Assembly (NCBI GenBank): GCA_964016885.1
Contig: OZ024747.1
Coordinates: forward strand, 41,044,001-41,108,000
DNA length: 64,000 nucleotides
DNA from: Eledone cirrhosa
Taxonomy: Eukaryota
Direction: 5' to 3'
In this document: piece after piece, positions 1-15,949 of the stretch
Position numbering within the stretch: the first letter of the stretch is position 1
Layout of the letters: each line of letters opens with the position of its first letter
Notes under the pieces: model-generated
What the model saw: only the letters and a program-made list of their open reading frames with translations
What the model was told of the DNA's origin: nothing
Database searches by the model: none
Made by a program: the position numbers and the translations under genes

Positions 1-15
1 GATATACGATTAACG

Positions 16-345
<330 letters not shown>

Positions 346-1125
346 TGTGAGTGCGCGCGTGGATGTGTGGACTACCAAACACAGCAGTAATTCATCGAAG
401 CGTAGCAGACATGCGACAGCGAAATAATACCTGTGGTCAGTATTTATGATGACATAGGCAAACAGCGGCCAATCACTGGACGCGCGAAGAGGATGAAGTT
501 TTTGACAGTACCGGCCCACAGGGTCAGATACCCCAGTGGAAGAATATGCTCCGAAACCATTAGACGTATCCGTCGAAGCTGAGGGTCCAGAATCAGACAG
601 ATCCACACAATGATCGCGTCTCGAACTGTCCGCAGGCGAAACAATTGTAACACACAATAAATTGAATTCAGATGCATCACTGATTTTTCGTTTTATATTA
701 TATCATACTCTGCTCTGTAAGAGCATAGAGTGCTCAACCGGCATACTGCCTATGAAAGCATCTTAGCTACCATCCGACACACACACACACACATATATAT
801 ATATAGTTATTTGCCAATAGCATATGCAAATGTGCTCAATACTTGTACCTGCAGTGTTAAATATTGGAAGTGTTAATATCTAGTGGGCGAGAATATAAGC
901 AGAGCAGATACACGTAAAGAGTGTTCCTACTGCAAAATCAATACATGTGGTTTACGAAGAATGAACTGTGATGTGAATTTATCTTTAAAACTCCTTCTGG
1001 GTCACGTAAGGAACACTCTTTAGTTTTTTATGCCCTTAGGAGCCGTTTCGTACGTAGGTGCTGTTTTAAATAAACATGTTTTAACGGTTTGTTCTCCTTT
1101 ATATACTTCTTCACGTATATATATG

Positions 1126-1207
<82 letters not shown>

Positions 1208-1222
1208 AGTGTGTGTATGTAC

Positions 1223-1259
<37 letters not shown>

Positions 1260-1359
1260 CAAAGTTCTTTCGTCACACATTATGTGACCTCTTCACACAA
1301 AAACAACATGGCGTAGGACAGAACAAAGGAGAGGCACAAAACAAAGAAAAGAATCCCCA

Positions 1360-1402
1360 GTCACTGAAGAGGTCACAGAATGTGTGACGAAAGAAGTTTG
1401 AC
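1360..1402 (+). ncRNA. Type I hammerhead ribozyme motif
   Basis: gtca-CTGAAGA-g gtcaca gaatg tgtgac-GAAA-gaag-TT-tgac; truncated inverted copy at 1257-1294. Confidence 0.75.
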
Positions 1403-1472
1403 AATATATGAACAACTGTCCGGTTGTGGAACCAACCAACCAACCAACCAATTCTTAAATTTATAAATTTAA

Positions 1473-2456
1473 TCTATATATATAAAACTGTGGTTGTCTG
1501 TCTGTCTATCGATTTTTGGCACACATCTCCTCTTAGAATCTCTCACGGAATTGCACCGAAATTGCTATACTTGTACATTGAGCCCTAGCGAAGACATCGG
1601 AAAAAAATATTTCAAATTGACCCACCCTATGTGACGAAATCGAATATAATGTATCGATTTTTGAGCGTAAGTTATCAGTTATTTCCCTTTGTTCTGTTTA
1701 CATTGAGCGTCTTACGTAAAAAATTACGCTGGCTTTCTCAGCGTTTAAAATGACATTAACACAATACACGAACAGTTGTCGAGCCAGCAAAATATTGACC
1801 TGCAAAATTCATCAGTTCGAACACTAAGCTTCCGTTTTGCTTCATTTCTATTTAAAAGCATTTTAAAACAATATTTTTACTTGAAAACAAGTCTATTTAA
1901 AGACTACGTAAAACAAGCAAATATTTCGTCGTTAGGCGTGCAGACAGACAGTCATGCAGACAGACAGTCGTGCAGAGAGGTGATATACGCGTGCAGACAG
2001 ACAGTCGTGCAGAGAGGTGATATAGGCGTGCAGACCGACAGTCGTGCAGAGAGGTGATATAGGCGTGCAGACAGACAGTCGTGCAGAGAGGTGATATAGG
2101 CGTGCAGACAGACAGTCGTGCAGAGAGGTGATATAGGCGTGCAGACAGACATAACTGATAATTTGGTTACGCTAATGTTTTTCTCTGCGTTGCAGTGTTT
2201 ACATTTTCGATCTTTGTTAATAAATAACCAGTGCAGTTTCTATCCCCAGCATCCTCTTTTGTTATAACATTCGGGTTATCGTTATGCTTTCTTAACTTCA
2301 TAAGGCATATTGTTGGTTGAGGGAATATTAATCAAAAACACCACATGCAAGTCTGCACAGTCGACACTACAGTTTTTAAGCCAAGAAAGAAACTTAACAT
2401 TGTAACTTTAACACAGCTACTGAGCGACCCCGAGCAACGCCGGGCTTTACTGCTAG
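1473..2456 (+). mobile_element. Non-autonomous Helitron
   Basis: Starts TC after A, ends CTAG before T, with GC hairpin cccgagcaacgccggg about 12 nt from the end; internal (GTCT)n and minisatellite. Confidence 0.75.
1934..2150 (+). repeat. About 38-bp minisatellite inside the Helitron
   Basis: Unit aggcgtgcagacagacagtcgtgcagagaggtgatat, about 5 copies. Confidence 0.9.
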
Positions 2457-2504
2457 TTTATAATAAAGTGGAGTGAAAGCAACTTGTGCGTGTGTTTCTT
2501 ATAT

Positions 2505-2538
<34 letters not shown>

Positions 2539-2771
2539 GCTATCGCCGTATTTTGACTAAAGAAATTAAAGAAATTATTTAGCCTGATAGTGGGGTTAAG
2601 AACCCTCGGAGAAATGGGTATTGACGTACATGTACGTCAATACTCATCTTTTTCCATTTCTCCGAGGGTTCTTAACCCCACTATCAGGCTAAATAATTTC
2701 TTTAGTCAAAATACGGCGATAGCTTACATTTCTAATAATTTCAAACCCACTCGCTGTTTCGAAAATATTCT

Positions 2772-2799
<28 letters not shown>

Positions 2800-2812
<13 letters not shown>

Positions 2813-3523
2813 TTATTCCGGGTTGAATCGGAGTTAACCACAGTAAGTAAGGTACTCAATATATAGCAGAGTATAAAAGTTTTAATATAGAAGAGCTTCT
2901 ACAGGACTATAAGTTATATACATATATATATAACGAAGGAGGTGTGATAAGGAACCAGATGGACCATAAAGCACCAGAGTACTCAATACTTAGGGTAGTA
3001 GAGTGGGTAATAGGAAAATGTTTAACCCCGACGGCAGAGCTCAAGCCGTTTCGACGGCTATTTCTGGACTAAATTAGAATTTTTAGCGTGGTAATAAATA
3101 GCCGAAATTTTCAAGGGGTAATTCCTTATATGGGAAGATTGTAGTTGTCAAAAGGATTGGTCAAAATTTCTTGTAAACATAATTTAATCATTCATGGCGG
3201 TGGGTGGGAGGTGGGGGTGGCTGAACTTTCCTGTAGAACAATGAGGGAGTGGGTGGAGCCGGTCAAGCGTTGAAAGTGAATTCTATACAGCAAATTCTAA
3301 GGAGTGTGTATGACATTAGGCTAGTTAGAAAGCAGGCGAAAAAGGATTCTGGAGAAAATAGAGAGGGGATGTTATAGAATAGGTTAATACACACTCCTTA
3401 GAATTTGCTGTATAGAATTCCTTTTCAAAGTTCGGCTATTTATTTACCACGCTAAAAATTCTAATTTAGTTCAGAAATAGCCGTCGAAACGGCTTAAGCT
3501 CTGCTGTCAGGGTGAAACATTTT

Positions 3524-3525
<2 letters not shown>
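2800..3525. repeat. (TA)n-embedded fold-back repeat family
   Basis: aggaaccagatggaccat...gagctcaagccgtttcgacggc recurs at 10690-10866, 29420-29640 and 59948-60052; three of the four copies carry an internal inversion. Confidence 0.8.
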
Positions 3526-3580
<55 letters not shown>

Positions 3581-4410
3581 TTTTCTATTGTGTGTTGTTT
3601 AATATGCGCTCTAATACCTGTTATATATTCCCCTCTCATTCACCTATTGAATCGTGCAAGTTATGAAATTGACCGGTTTACGCACGAGGTTGGTCGAAAT
3701 ATCTAGAATTCGAATTCTAACCAGTGTGCTAACTCTATATCGCTGCCTAATCGCCAGTTAGAATTTAATATACGGAAAGGTTCTAGGCACTACCACTGTT
3801 ACTGGCGCACTATTTCTCATCCTGGTACTTGGAGACTGGAGCCAAATACTTCCATTCTATTGTACAGCGATTGGAGACTGATTTTCTCTAATAACAAATT
3901 TTTCACTCACTTGTTAATTTGTGTTTGAGATGGGTTGGCTGAGTGCTTATGGCGGGAACGGAACTATTTGAATTTCGTCTCCTAACGTCACATTAATTTC
4001 TGAAACAGTAGCCAATCGGTTGACGGCATTGTGATGAGGCGTAGAGATTCCAGTTGCTAATGTATTACTGTGTTGACCATTATATTCACTGTCATAGCTG
4101 ACACGGACTGGAATCGAATTCTGTCGATCGATTGGTTATTGAATAGGCAAAACCCGCTGGTGAAGCCACATGCACCGATTGTGCATTGTTGCATAATAAA
4201 TGCAGACAGTGGATGCTGTGCAATCTATTGCTGCATGGGTGTGGCCGAACTCGAGTATGGATATAGATTGAAGGTACCCATTTACGTGTGTTGTATTGAA
4301 GCAAATAACTGTGTCTACTCTGGGATTTTACATAACTTTTCCTCTTGAGTAGAGTGAGATAAAAGTGGTACTAGCAGTGAATCCCATGCTAGTCTCGTCA
4401 ACTTATTATA

Positions 4411-4728
<318 letters not shown>

Positions 4729-4886
4729 ACCAACAACCAACAACTTAATTTATAAAATAATTTTTTTTAAGAAAAATTCTTTTTAGATTTTGTGAAGAAA
4801 ATAAATTTGTTGAAAGCACAAGTGAAGCCATTTTTTCTTCCCCCCTGTCTTAATATACCTAACTGTACCAAGGATTACACACATTT

Positions 4887-4925
<39 letters not shown>

Positions 4926-5795
4926 TTTTGATAGAATATTTTGCAGTATTCGTTCCAGCTCTCTGCTCTCTGAGTTCAAATCCCGACGAGGTCAACTTTG
5001 CCTTTCATCCATACGAAGTCGATAAAAAAAAGTACCAGTCAAATTTTGGAGTCGATTCTTCCTCTATATCTCTTTCTCTCACTCTGTATCTTTCTCTGGG
5101 AGGTGATGGGCTGCGCCAGGTTTTTAGAATCATGCCCTCGAAATGCTGCATGTTAATACACCGCCCAAATGCCTCCCCCAGTAGCAATAGACTGGTGGAA
5201 ATATCAGGGTGCAGATGAAATGACAATTAATATTTATTTCAAAATTCCTTTGGATAAAATTCTTGTTCATTCCTACACAATGTAAAACAATATTGCCTTC
5301 CCTTCCTCTGCTACGTCATCTAATTTTTTTAAGTTGTCAAAACTCGTTTCCTTCGTAAAACGCATTTTATTCCTATTTGAAACTAATGTGTTTTTACATT
5401 TAAAAAATATAAATTAAAGATATATATTTTGTAAAAGCAATAAGAATTCTTTTTAAAATTGTCTATGAAATAGTTTTAAGGAAAAAATTAAACTAAATAT
5501 TCTGCTCAGTATCGAAGAGAAAAATATCTTAGAATAAAATTTAATTTCAACATATAAGATACTTTTTTTGACTTAATATTTATGTTTGATCATTAGTTTT
5601 AGAATGATTCCAGGGAAAATGAAAGCATTCATTACTCTTTAACTGTCACACATCTTTAGTGTACATAGACAGTTCTACCTAATATATTCCTCTTCTTCAC
5701 TGCCTCTTTCTAAATAAATAAATGTACCACACACGCACACATACATATATATAAATATTAATATATATATTATATATATATATGTGTGTGTGTGT

Positions 5796-5837
<42 letters not shown>

Positions 5838-5914
5838 ATGAGTGTGTGTCGGTAGGTGGTGGTTAATGCAATTATTTTAAAAGTAGTCATTGTTATTATT
5901 AACAAATAACAGAG

Positions 5915-6370
5915 GGCGGCGGATTGGCAGTATCGGTAGAGCGTCGGACGCCACGCCATGCTTTGCAGCATAGAGTTACGGCCCTTTGCGTTCTGAGTTC
6001 AAATCCCACCGAGGTTAACTTTGCCTTTCATCATTACGGTGTCAATAAAATAAAGTACCAGTAATGTACTGGGATAATTGACTTTTCCCCTCCCCTTAAA
6101 ATTGCTGGCGTTATTCCTAAATCAGAAACCATTACTAACAAATAATGGGTCGGTGGATTAGCAGTGTCGGTAGATCATCGGACAAAAATCTTTTGCGCTA
6201 TATAGGTACAACTTTCTATGTTCTGATTTCAAATCCCATCGCGGTTAGCTTTGCCTTTCATCCTTAAGGAGGAAGAAAAAATAAAGCACCAGTAACGTAC
6301 TGGGGTTGCTTTAATTCATTGACAACTATATTTCGACCCGGAACCTCAAGGTAACAAGGCCTATGCCACT
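5915..6370 (+). mobile_element. Two tandem tRNA-derived SINEs
   Basis: A-box-like tggcagtatcggtag, B-box gagttcaaatcc, body aactttgcctttcatcc...ataaagtaccag. More decayed copies near 4940-5060, 6850-7350, 14740-14850, 15455-15520. Confidence 0.85.
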
Positions 6371-7900
6371 TATATATTGTGACCCTATTTTTAATACAAA
6401 CTTCTACATACGTACGCAAATAAATTGACAAAGCTTTGTGAATGATATCAGCTGTGATGATCAAAACAATTTTCTGGTTAGTATTACCTGATATTTTAGA
6501 CAGCTACTTGTCAACTCCCTTTTTGATCAGCTCCAAAGCTCCCATCATTACATGTACGGTATAAGTTTTCAGTTGCCACATCCTTATTATTTGTATTTTA
6601 AGAATTGTTCAAATTCTTTTATGCTGATGTTTTACAAAGTCAGCCTATGAACTTTTCAGCCGACCCTCGTAATTTGTTCGCTCTCAGAAGGAATAAAAGA
6701 CAAGGTGTGCTGCAAAAGGAATTGAAGGGTAGAAGCACGAAATCAAATGAATTTGTATTAATTATTGAGACATTAATTTCTAACATTGATTTATTTAGAT
6801 TGACACAAGCCTGGGAATTGTGTGAAAAGGATCACTCGCTTAATTCGATTTAGTACTCAACTGGTAATAGTTTTATCAACTTTGGAAGGATGAAACGTAA
6901 AGTTAACCTCAACAGGATTTGAAATCAGAATGTAAGAGGCCATAACTATATATTGATTTCTAATTTAGGGAAAAAGTCAACAATTTGAGGGAAAAAGAAA
7001 AATCGATTACATCAACCCCAGTACAAGACTGGTACTTTATTTTATCGACCTTGGAAAGATAAAAGACAAAGTTGACTTCAACAGGATTTAAATTGAGGAC
7101 GTAGCCAGACGTAACTAAATGCTGCAAAAAATGTTGTCCAACGCTCTAACAATTCTTCCAATCCACCGCACTATATCAATAAATATTGATTTCTAATTTA
7201 GGCATGAGGCCAGAGAATTCGGGGGAACGACCGCAGTTGATTAAATCAACCCCAATACATGACACGTACTTTAGCAACCCAGGAAGGATGAAATGCAAAG
7301 TTGAGGTTTTATCCGACGCTCTACTAATTCTGTCAACCCACCACTCTGCAGTACCTTACAATGGTCTCCCAATCCCCTACACTAGTTAAATAGAATATTG
7401 ATATTTTTGCCATTGGCAAAAATAAAAGCAGAGAGGTGAAACTCCTGCGGTTGCCACTTCACTTGCATTGGGGAGATTAACCAGGTGCTATGGTTCGCAG
7501 TATTTCGATATCCCATTGGACATGTCCTTATATTAAGAGCTTCTACAGCCTCTAATTGCTGCCTGTACAATAGCCTCTTATCATAAAATGGAATTTTACA
7601 ATTACCTACTTACACGTGATATACAATTATCACAACATATATTTGCACATTGAACCATGGAATAAGTCGGATAGAATATATTTCTAGCTTGGATAAGTTC
7701 AAATATTGCATGACCTCTCAGAAATTCTAAAAAGCAAAAGATTATAGACATTTACAATCATCATTTACTAGTCTGTCGAATGTTATGAGTGAAGCAGTCG
7801 TTATGTCAGTTACACAAAAACTAGCACAATATGTTATGAACGATAATATATTATCAATAAGGGATAATGCTGTCACACACATATACACACATATATCCAA

Positions 7901-7990
<90 letters not shown>

Positions 7991-8034
7991 TATACATATA
8001 TATATATATACATATATATACATATATATATATA

Positions 8035-8067
<33 letters not shown>

Positions 8068-8492
8068 GTATATATATATGTATATACATATATACATATG
8101 TATATATATATGTGTGTGTGTGTGTCTGTATGTAAATATATATGTATATACATATATACGTACATATGTATATATATATGTGTGTGTGTATGTATATATA
8201 TGTATATATATATATAAGAAGGAAATGGTAGTTTAGTTGAAGCATTGCGTAGTCAGGTATAAACGTTTGAGGTTAGAAGGCCAGACCAATGCAAGTTTGG
8301 ATATAGAATATAAATACAAATGCAAAAGATAGCGCTGACAATTAGTCTTTTACCTTAAATTTATTTATATATCCTGATATTTCGAGATGATATCTCTTCT
8401 TCTGAGGAAAGTAAAGGGGTTAATCCAGTGTTCTAATTAGCTTTCCAAATCATGCTGACAGGAAATAGTATAGAAATTCCATTCTATTACTT

Positions 8493-8529
8493 TCCTCAGA
8501 AGAAGAGATATTATCTCGAAATATCAGGA
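8493..8529 (+). ncRNA. Variant minimal hammerhead motif (CAGAAGA core)
   Basis: tcct-CAGAAGA-a gagata t tatctc-GAAA-ta-TC-agga; mirror copy at about 8372-8407. Confidence 0.55.
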
Positions 8530-8633
8530 TATTTAAATCAATTTAAGGTAAAAGACTAATAATTGTCAGCGCTATCTTTTGCATTTATATTCTATATCCG
8601 AACCTGCATTGTTCTGGCCTTCTAACCTCAAAC

Positions 8634-8694
<61 letters not shown>

Positions 8695-8964
8695 TATAGA
8701 TAGGTAAATATACAGGGTGTGTATGATTGTGTATAGAAGATTATATTAATAAGAGGAATTCCAACTTTGTCTGATTTACTCGTTTTATTTACAATCCTTT
8801 AAAATATATATAATGGTATTATAATGAAATAGTATGATAGAATATTAAATTCTAAGTGTTAATTGAACAAGTACTTTCATGCTTTCGCAATCTTCAGGTT
8901 CATGATATGTGGTGACAGTCGAGTTTGCAATGAAAATTGCAAACTCGACTGTCACCACATATCA

Positions 8965-9003
8965 TGAACCTGAAGATTGCGAAAGCATGAAAGTACTTGT
9001 TCA
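8965..9003 (+). ncRNA. Minimal type I hammerhead motif
   Basis: tgaac-CTGAAGA-t tgc gaaa gca t-GAAA-gtac-TT-gttca; palindromic stem III; identical minus-strand copy at 8864-8902. Confidence 0.82.
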
Positions 9004-9117
9004 ATTAACACTTAGAATTTAATATTCTATCATACTATTTCATTATAATACCATTATATATATTTTAAAGGATTGTAAATAAAACGAGTAAATCAGACAA
9101 AGTTGGAATTCCTCTTA

Positions 9118-9166
<49 letters not shown>

Positions 9167-9662
9167 ACAATAGTAACGAGGATATGGTGAGATAGATAAT
9201 ATAAAGGAAAGTACCAGAAGGAAAGACGTTTAACTTAGAAGAAAAGAAACTGGGAGGAAAACTGAATATCGTCAATTGTTCTTTATTTTTGATATTGCAA
9301 CATTAAGACAATGAGGTAAAATTGAATGTCTTGGAAGACGAAAGTATTATCTTTCTAATTCTATTTAGCATTTCTCTCTATTTTTATATCTATACATACA
9401 CACAAACAAATAGGTAAATACATACACACACACACATATATATATTTATATGTATGTGTGTGTGTGTATGTGTGTGTATACATATGTGTGTATATATATA
9501 TATAAATGTATGTATATATTGATACTTATGTGCACAAACACACTCACACACATATATGTGTATATATATATATAGAGAGAGAGAGAGAGGGCGGCGATAG
9601 GTATATATATTTTTTGTGTGCGAGTGTGTCTGTTTATGTTTGTATTTTGTGTGTGTTTCTAA

Positions 9663-9770
<108 letters not shown>

Positions 9771-10957
9771 GTCGACTTTGGTATTATAACGAAAATATTT
9801 CTTGTGTACAAAGTGATTAGAAAGCAACTTAATAAAATTGAAATCACATTATTTAAAATAAAAATCTATACCATGGCCCAGTTAAATCCTGACTTGACGC
9901 TTTTGCAGATATGTTGATGAATGCATCACGTGTTCATATATATCCTATGAATGTCTAGCCGCTAGAAATACATTTCAGACCGAAGACGATATAGAGCCTA
10001 TTATACACGTGTTTCGTTATATAGCTTAATTATATTTTCAAGTATCTTTAATATATTAAGTATCTTTTAAGTGCCTTTAACTGTATATATAATTATACCA
10101 TATTATAGTGTATTATTCTAAATCAGATTATTCTCAATATTTTTGAAATAGACACATTAATATGTGACAATGAAAGAATGACTGTAATCCAATTCACCTC
10201 GGGCGCTTATTTTAAATCATTATGGAGTAGCCTAGATTTCCACATGAGTGATTTTCGCCACCACAAAATTTTTTACTAATCGAATTTAAACGACAATAAA
10301 TTCAATCAAATTAAGAAATTACATACTATTATTGATTTCACTTAATCTGTTTCCCCCATCAATCATCGTCAAGTTTTTTTCTGCACATTTTATTTTTACA
10401 CCCACACAGACTGTCAAGCTCCAATAGATAATAATAGATGATGTATATTTTTCAATTCAATTTCACAGTCCTAAAACCTCTACTGCTTCTAGGTTTTATA
10501 GACACAAATACAAAACAACTCATTGCGTTCAAAAGATCCCCCCTCTCCCACACATATGAGGTAAGTTGGGCACATAACTGGCATCTGTAGCTACATTGTT
10601 CAGATTGTTTACAGACAGACGACGGTGGTCATCGGTGAGGCTTCAGTGTACTCTTTAAAAATTAAAATATACGTGTGTATATATATATACAACGAAGGAA
10701 ATGTGTTAAGGAACCAGATGGACCATAACGCACCAAAGTACTCAATACTTAGGGTAGTAGAGTGGGTAATAGGAACAAGTAGGACCCCGACGGCTGAGCT
10801 CAAGCCGTTTCGACGGCTGCCGTCGAAACAGCTTGAGCTCAGCCGTCGAGGTCCTACTCGTTCCTATATATATATATATATAAACATATATAATATATAA
10901 TATATATAATAGATATATATTATGTTTTTGTATGTGTTTGTCTAGCGCATTTGTTTA

Positions 10958-11087
<130 letters not shown>

Positions 11088-11186
11088 CTTGTGTGTGTGC
11101 AGAGAATTCTCCTCGGAAACAGGTGGAAATAAAGATAAGTTGAATCGAATAGACACTTCAACTTCATTAATTTACTTGCATTAAGG

Positions 11187-11372
11187 ACGGTAGATTGGCA
11201 GTATCGGTAGAGGGTCGGACGCCATACTTTCCAGCATAGTAACGTCCCTTTACGATCTGAGTTCAAACCCCGCCGAGGTTAACTTTGCCTTTCATCCTTA
11301 CGGGGTCGATAAAATAAAGTACCAGTAATGCACTGGGTATTTGATGGCTTTGTGCATAAAGTAGAAACAATT
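11187..11372 (+). mobile_element. tRNA-derived SINE with target-site duplication
   Basis: Same family; attaatttacttgcatta is duplicated on both sides. Confidence 0.9.
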
Positions 11373-11563
11373 AATTTACTTGCATTATCCCAACCGTATT
11401 TACGAGCGGTGCACTAGTATAGATGTAGTCCTACAATTGAAATTGCTAAAAGAATAAAAGAATCGTGAGTCTTACACGGTAAAGACTATTAATTGTTGCT
11501 CGGTATATATATATATGTATATATATATATATGTGTGTGTATATATGTATATATATATATGTT

Positions 11564-11620
<57 letters not shown>

Positions 11621-11752
11621 ATATATATATATATACATATTCTTTTTTACTCTTTTACTCGTTTCAGCCATACATATATACACATATATATATATACATA
11701 TATATATATACATACATATATATATATATATATATACATATTTGTATATACA

Positions 11753-12000
<248 letters not shown>

Positions 12001-13296
12001 GTATTAAGGATACTATTTATGGTTATGTATATACTAAAACCTTTTATAGTTATATATATATTATACCCTAAATAGTGAAAGACAGTAATTTATTACTATC
12101 TTATTACCAGTAAGATAAATAGCTCAATGTAACAACATCAGTTGTTTTACAGAGCAGTTATATAGAGATTACATGAAAGAAAGTTCTGTTTAAATCATTT
12201 ATCTGCTTACAATTGTTTCTTCCAAACCGAGGTTTGAAGTCTTCGGAGCAATTATTCAGTGATTTTTAACATACTTGACCTCCTTTTCAACACAAGAGAC
12301 ATATAGAAACATATGTATATATTGACCCACAGTGGGTTGACATCCATTATAATAATATAGCATGGTAATTTACATACAAAGATTACAGTCATATTAAAGG
12401 ACAAAATTAAAATTAAAATCACTCTATGATAAAAGGTATTCATCCTAATATGAACACCTTTAGTACTTCTCGATAGACTACACTGTAATTTATAGATAAG
12501 ATACATAAATTTAGAAATTGTTTATAACCTTATATGATGGGAACTCATTTGAGACACCATTAATGTACTTTAGGATAATAAATTTAACTATAGAAATCAG
12601 CTAGTTACCTCCCCTTACGCATTAACTCCCCTTAATCACACACACACTTCCGGAATATAATACGATGTCATCGCTCACAACAAAAACAACCTGATCTATA
12701 AATCGAATTAAAGAACGACAAGCTGTGATGTTCTAGCATGGTTCACCGGGCACCCAATATTGAATCATCATAGATTGTGTAATGGACATGTAGTCTATAA
12801 ATTGCGTTTCCTGGATTGTGAGAGTGGTGGTGTGTACGAGGACAGTGGTGCTGTTTTGCTTCTCATTTGTAATATTTTTGATATTTTTGGTGTTTCTGCA
12901 CACACGGGCTTCTATATCGTACAGGTGTGTGTAAATAATGCTTAACCAGTTCACGCCCCATGATGCTCTTGATTGCCTGCTTTGACTGCTTGTTTTACTT
13001 GTAACAATCTGCCGCACTATAATCTTGTATAAATAGGACACGCGTGTATGCCACACGTGTGACTGTTGCATACACTGGCTACTCCAAACTTTCCTTTTGC
13101 TTTATCTTAGTAGACTGCCAATATTTTATTTTTATTTTTATTTTGTCCGTTAATATGACTGTAATCTTTGTATGTAAATTACCATGCTATATTATTATAA
13201 TGGATGTCAACCCACTGTGGGTCAATATATACATATGTTTCTATATGTCTCTTGTGTTGAAAAGGAGGTCAAGTATGTTAAAAATCACTGAATAAT

Positions 13297-13343
13297 TGCT
13301 CCGAAGACTCCAAACCTCGGTTTGGAAGAAACAATTGTAAGCA
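13297..13343 (+). ncRNA. Hammerhead motif (CCGAAGA variant)
   Basis: tgct-CCGAAGA-c tccaaac ctcg gtttgga a-GAAA-caattg-TA-agca; minus copy at 12204-12250. Confidence 0.75.
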
Positions 13344-13378
13344 GATAAATGATTTAAAGAGAACTTTGTTTCATGTAA

Positions 13379-13542
<164 letters not shown>

Positions 13543-13550
13543 CATACATA

Positions 13551-13582
<32 letters not shown>

Positions 13583-13599
13583 CATATATATATATATAC

Positions 13600-13724
<125 letters not shown>

Positions 13725-13728
13725 CATA

Positions 13729-13895
<167 letters not shown>

Positions 13896-14075
13896 CTATT
13901 GGAATTTCGTATTTCTAAAGAAATATGGTATGTTTATAAATAAACATTGAAAATATACCTTTATATATAAAAATATCGTATTTCTTTAGAAATACGAAAT
14001 TCCAATACATATCTGTATACAGCTATGCTCGAAGCTAAATTCTAATCATATATATATGTATATATATATATTATA

Positions 14076-14173
<98 letters not shown>

Positions 14174-14859
14174 ATATTCTTTGTGTCATCCCTCTTTGGA
14201 AGTTAAAGGATTGAGTTTGCTTTTTCTAATGGCTATATATATATATGTATATAGGGGGTGGGGGATAAGGACAGAAAGTAACTAACCACCTTAACAGTGC
14301 TGATGGTGAATGTCATTTCTATAGATTGTCTTAGACAACTGATCTTTTCTAAGTAGTTCTCTGCTAAGAAGACACGACGGGTAAATATAGAAAACATTTC
14401 ACTTCATACTTTTTAATTCTACGTTTTCCATTCCTTCACGTCACACAATCCAACAGTTAACATTTATTTAAAGGTGGTTTGTACTACTTAATAAATAGCA
14501 TCACCTTCTTCATCTGTATTTGATAGCTGGTATTGTCAATACATTGGTACAATAATATATATGGGTCCTGGTGCAGTCATAGGGGCACCGTAGTGGTATA
14601 CAAAGTTTCTTGGGAAGATTTTGAAATTTGGCGGAGTCCATCCCCTTTCTAAGTCGGACCACAGCCGATGTTTTCTTGAGAAGGAGAGAAAGTGACAGAG
14701 AGATGGAGAGGAAGTTAGGAAGAGATGTTGTAGAAGAATCAACCCCTGTACAGAACTGGTACATTCTTATCAACCTTGACGGGGTTTGAACTGAGAGCCA
14801 AAACGAATGACGCAAATCTTTCTATTTAATAACTCTGCCAACTCGCCGCTTATTGGTAC

Positions 14860-15420
14860 AACTGGAAAATATGTTATTTTGGGGAATATTTCTTTCGCAT
14901 AAGCCGAAATATTAAGAAACCAGTATTTGCTTGGTTTTCCCTTCTCGTACTTTTGACAGTGAACAGATGTTCTTTTATTCAATGATAATCCTGTTTGTCT
15001 TATACAATCTTCTGTACACTCGTTACATTTAATAATAGAAATTAAATTTCCTGACGCACAAGCGGACTGATTCTTTACGGTAACTATCTGTCCTTATTTG
15101 AATTCATAAGTTACACTATCAATAATTGTAATATTAATTACAGTTAGAACTTCCACTTTCGTTGACAGTAATGTATTTTCTTTGGATAATTTGATAGTGA
15201 TTAGTAATCTCTTTAAGGATTTCGGTGGCTTTATTTTTATCTTTAATTCTCTTATATTGTGTTATACATTAATATATTCTACTGTATTTATTGGACTGTG
15301 TGTTGTTATGTAAGGCGAAGTACTGAGAATATTTGAAGTATATTTTCTCCTTCGCAATATCTGAATATCTATCGCGTTGCTGCACTTCCTTAATTGATTT
15401 CAAGGAATAACTTCTTAAAC
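14860..15420 (-). mobile_element. Degenerate Penelope GIY-YIG endonuclease relic
   Basis: Minus strand reads CASGNLISIIKCNECTEDCIRQTGLSLNKRTSVH, fitting the PLE pattern NLIYxIxCxxCxxxYIGQTxxxLxxRxxxH. Confidence 0.65.
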
Positions 15421-15871
15421 TTTTCTAGTCGTTAATCCTGGAATCCAGCGAGATCAACTTTGCCTTTCATCCTTTTGAGTTCGATAAAAACGTGTCTGGG
15501 GTCGATTCTTCCTCTATATCTTTTCCCACTTCTTATCCATACACATACACTCGCTCTCTTCTCTGCAAGAAATAGGGTGTGTTCAGATATAGACAGGGGA
15601 TGGGCTCTGCACGATTATATATATATATATATAATCGTGCAGAGCCCATCCCCTGTCTATATCTTGTAGAAATCTTATAATGAAACGAGACGTCCGTCTG
15701 GGAAGAGATATATTTGATATATCTCACATGAAATGATACAGCCAGTTTTCCACACAATACAATTAGTTAGCACCCCGAACGTTTAATTGGGAATATACTC
15801 AGGTATTCCTAATGTTTGTTGAGTGAGTTGCGATTTGGCCGGAGTATCGCTATTAGCTTTCTTCGTTTATG

Positions 15872-15921
<50 letters not shown>

Positions 15922-15949
15922 TATGTATAATAATAATAATTATTATTAT

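Noticed and set aside
440-655. Hammerhead from atgatga...gaaacaattgtaacac
   Set aside because: The 3' half is typical but the 5' core and stem I do not pair convincingly; not counted.
1934-2150. CRISPR-like regular repeats
   Set aside because: No unique spacers and a eukaryotic context; it is a minisatellite within a Helitron.
9909-10028. Possible plus-strand exon after ttttgcag
   Set aside because: Short open frame with no recognisable homology or strong donor.
12733-13100. Protein-coding ORFs between inverted arms
   Set aside because: Only faint resemblance to a decayed Penelope endonuclease; not supportable.
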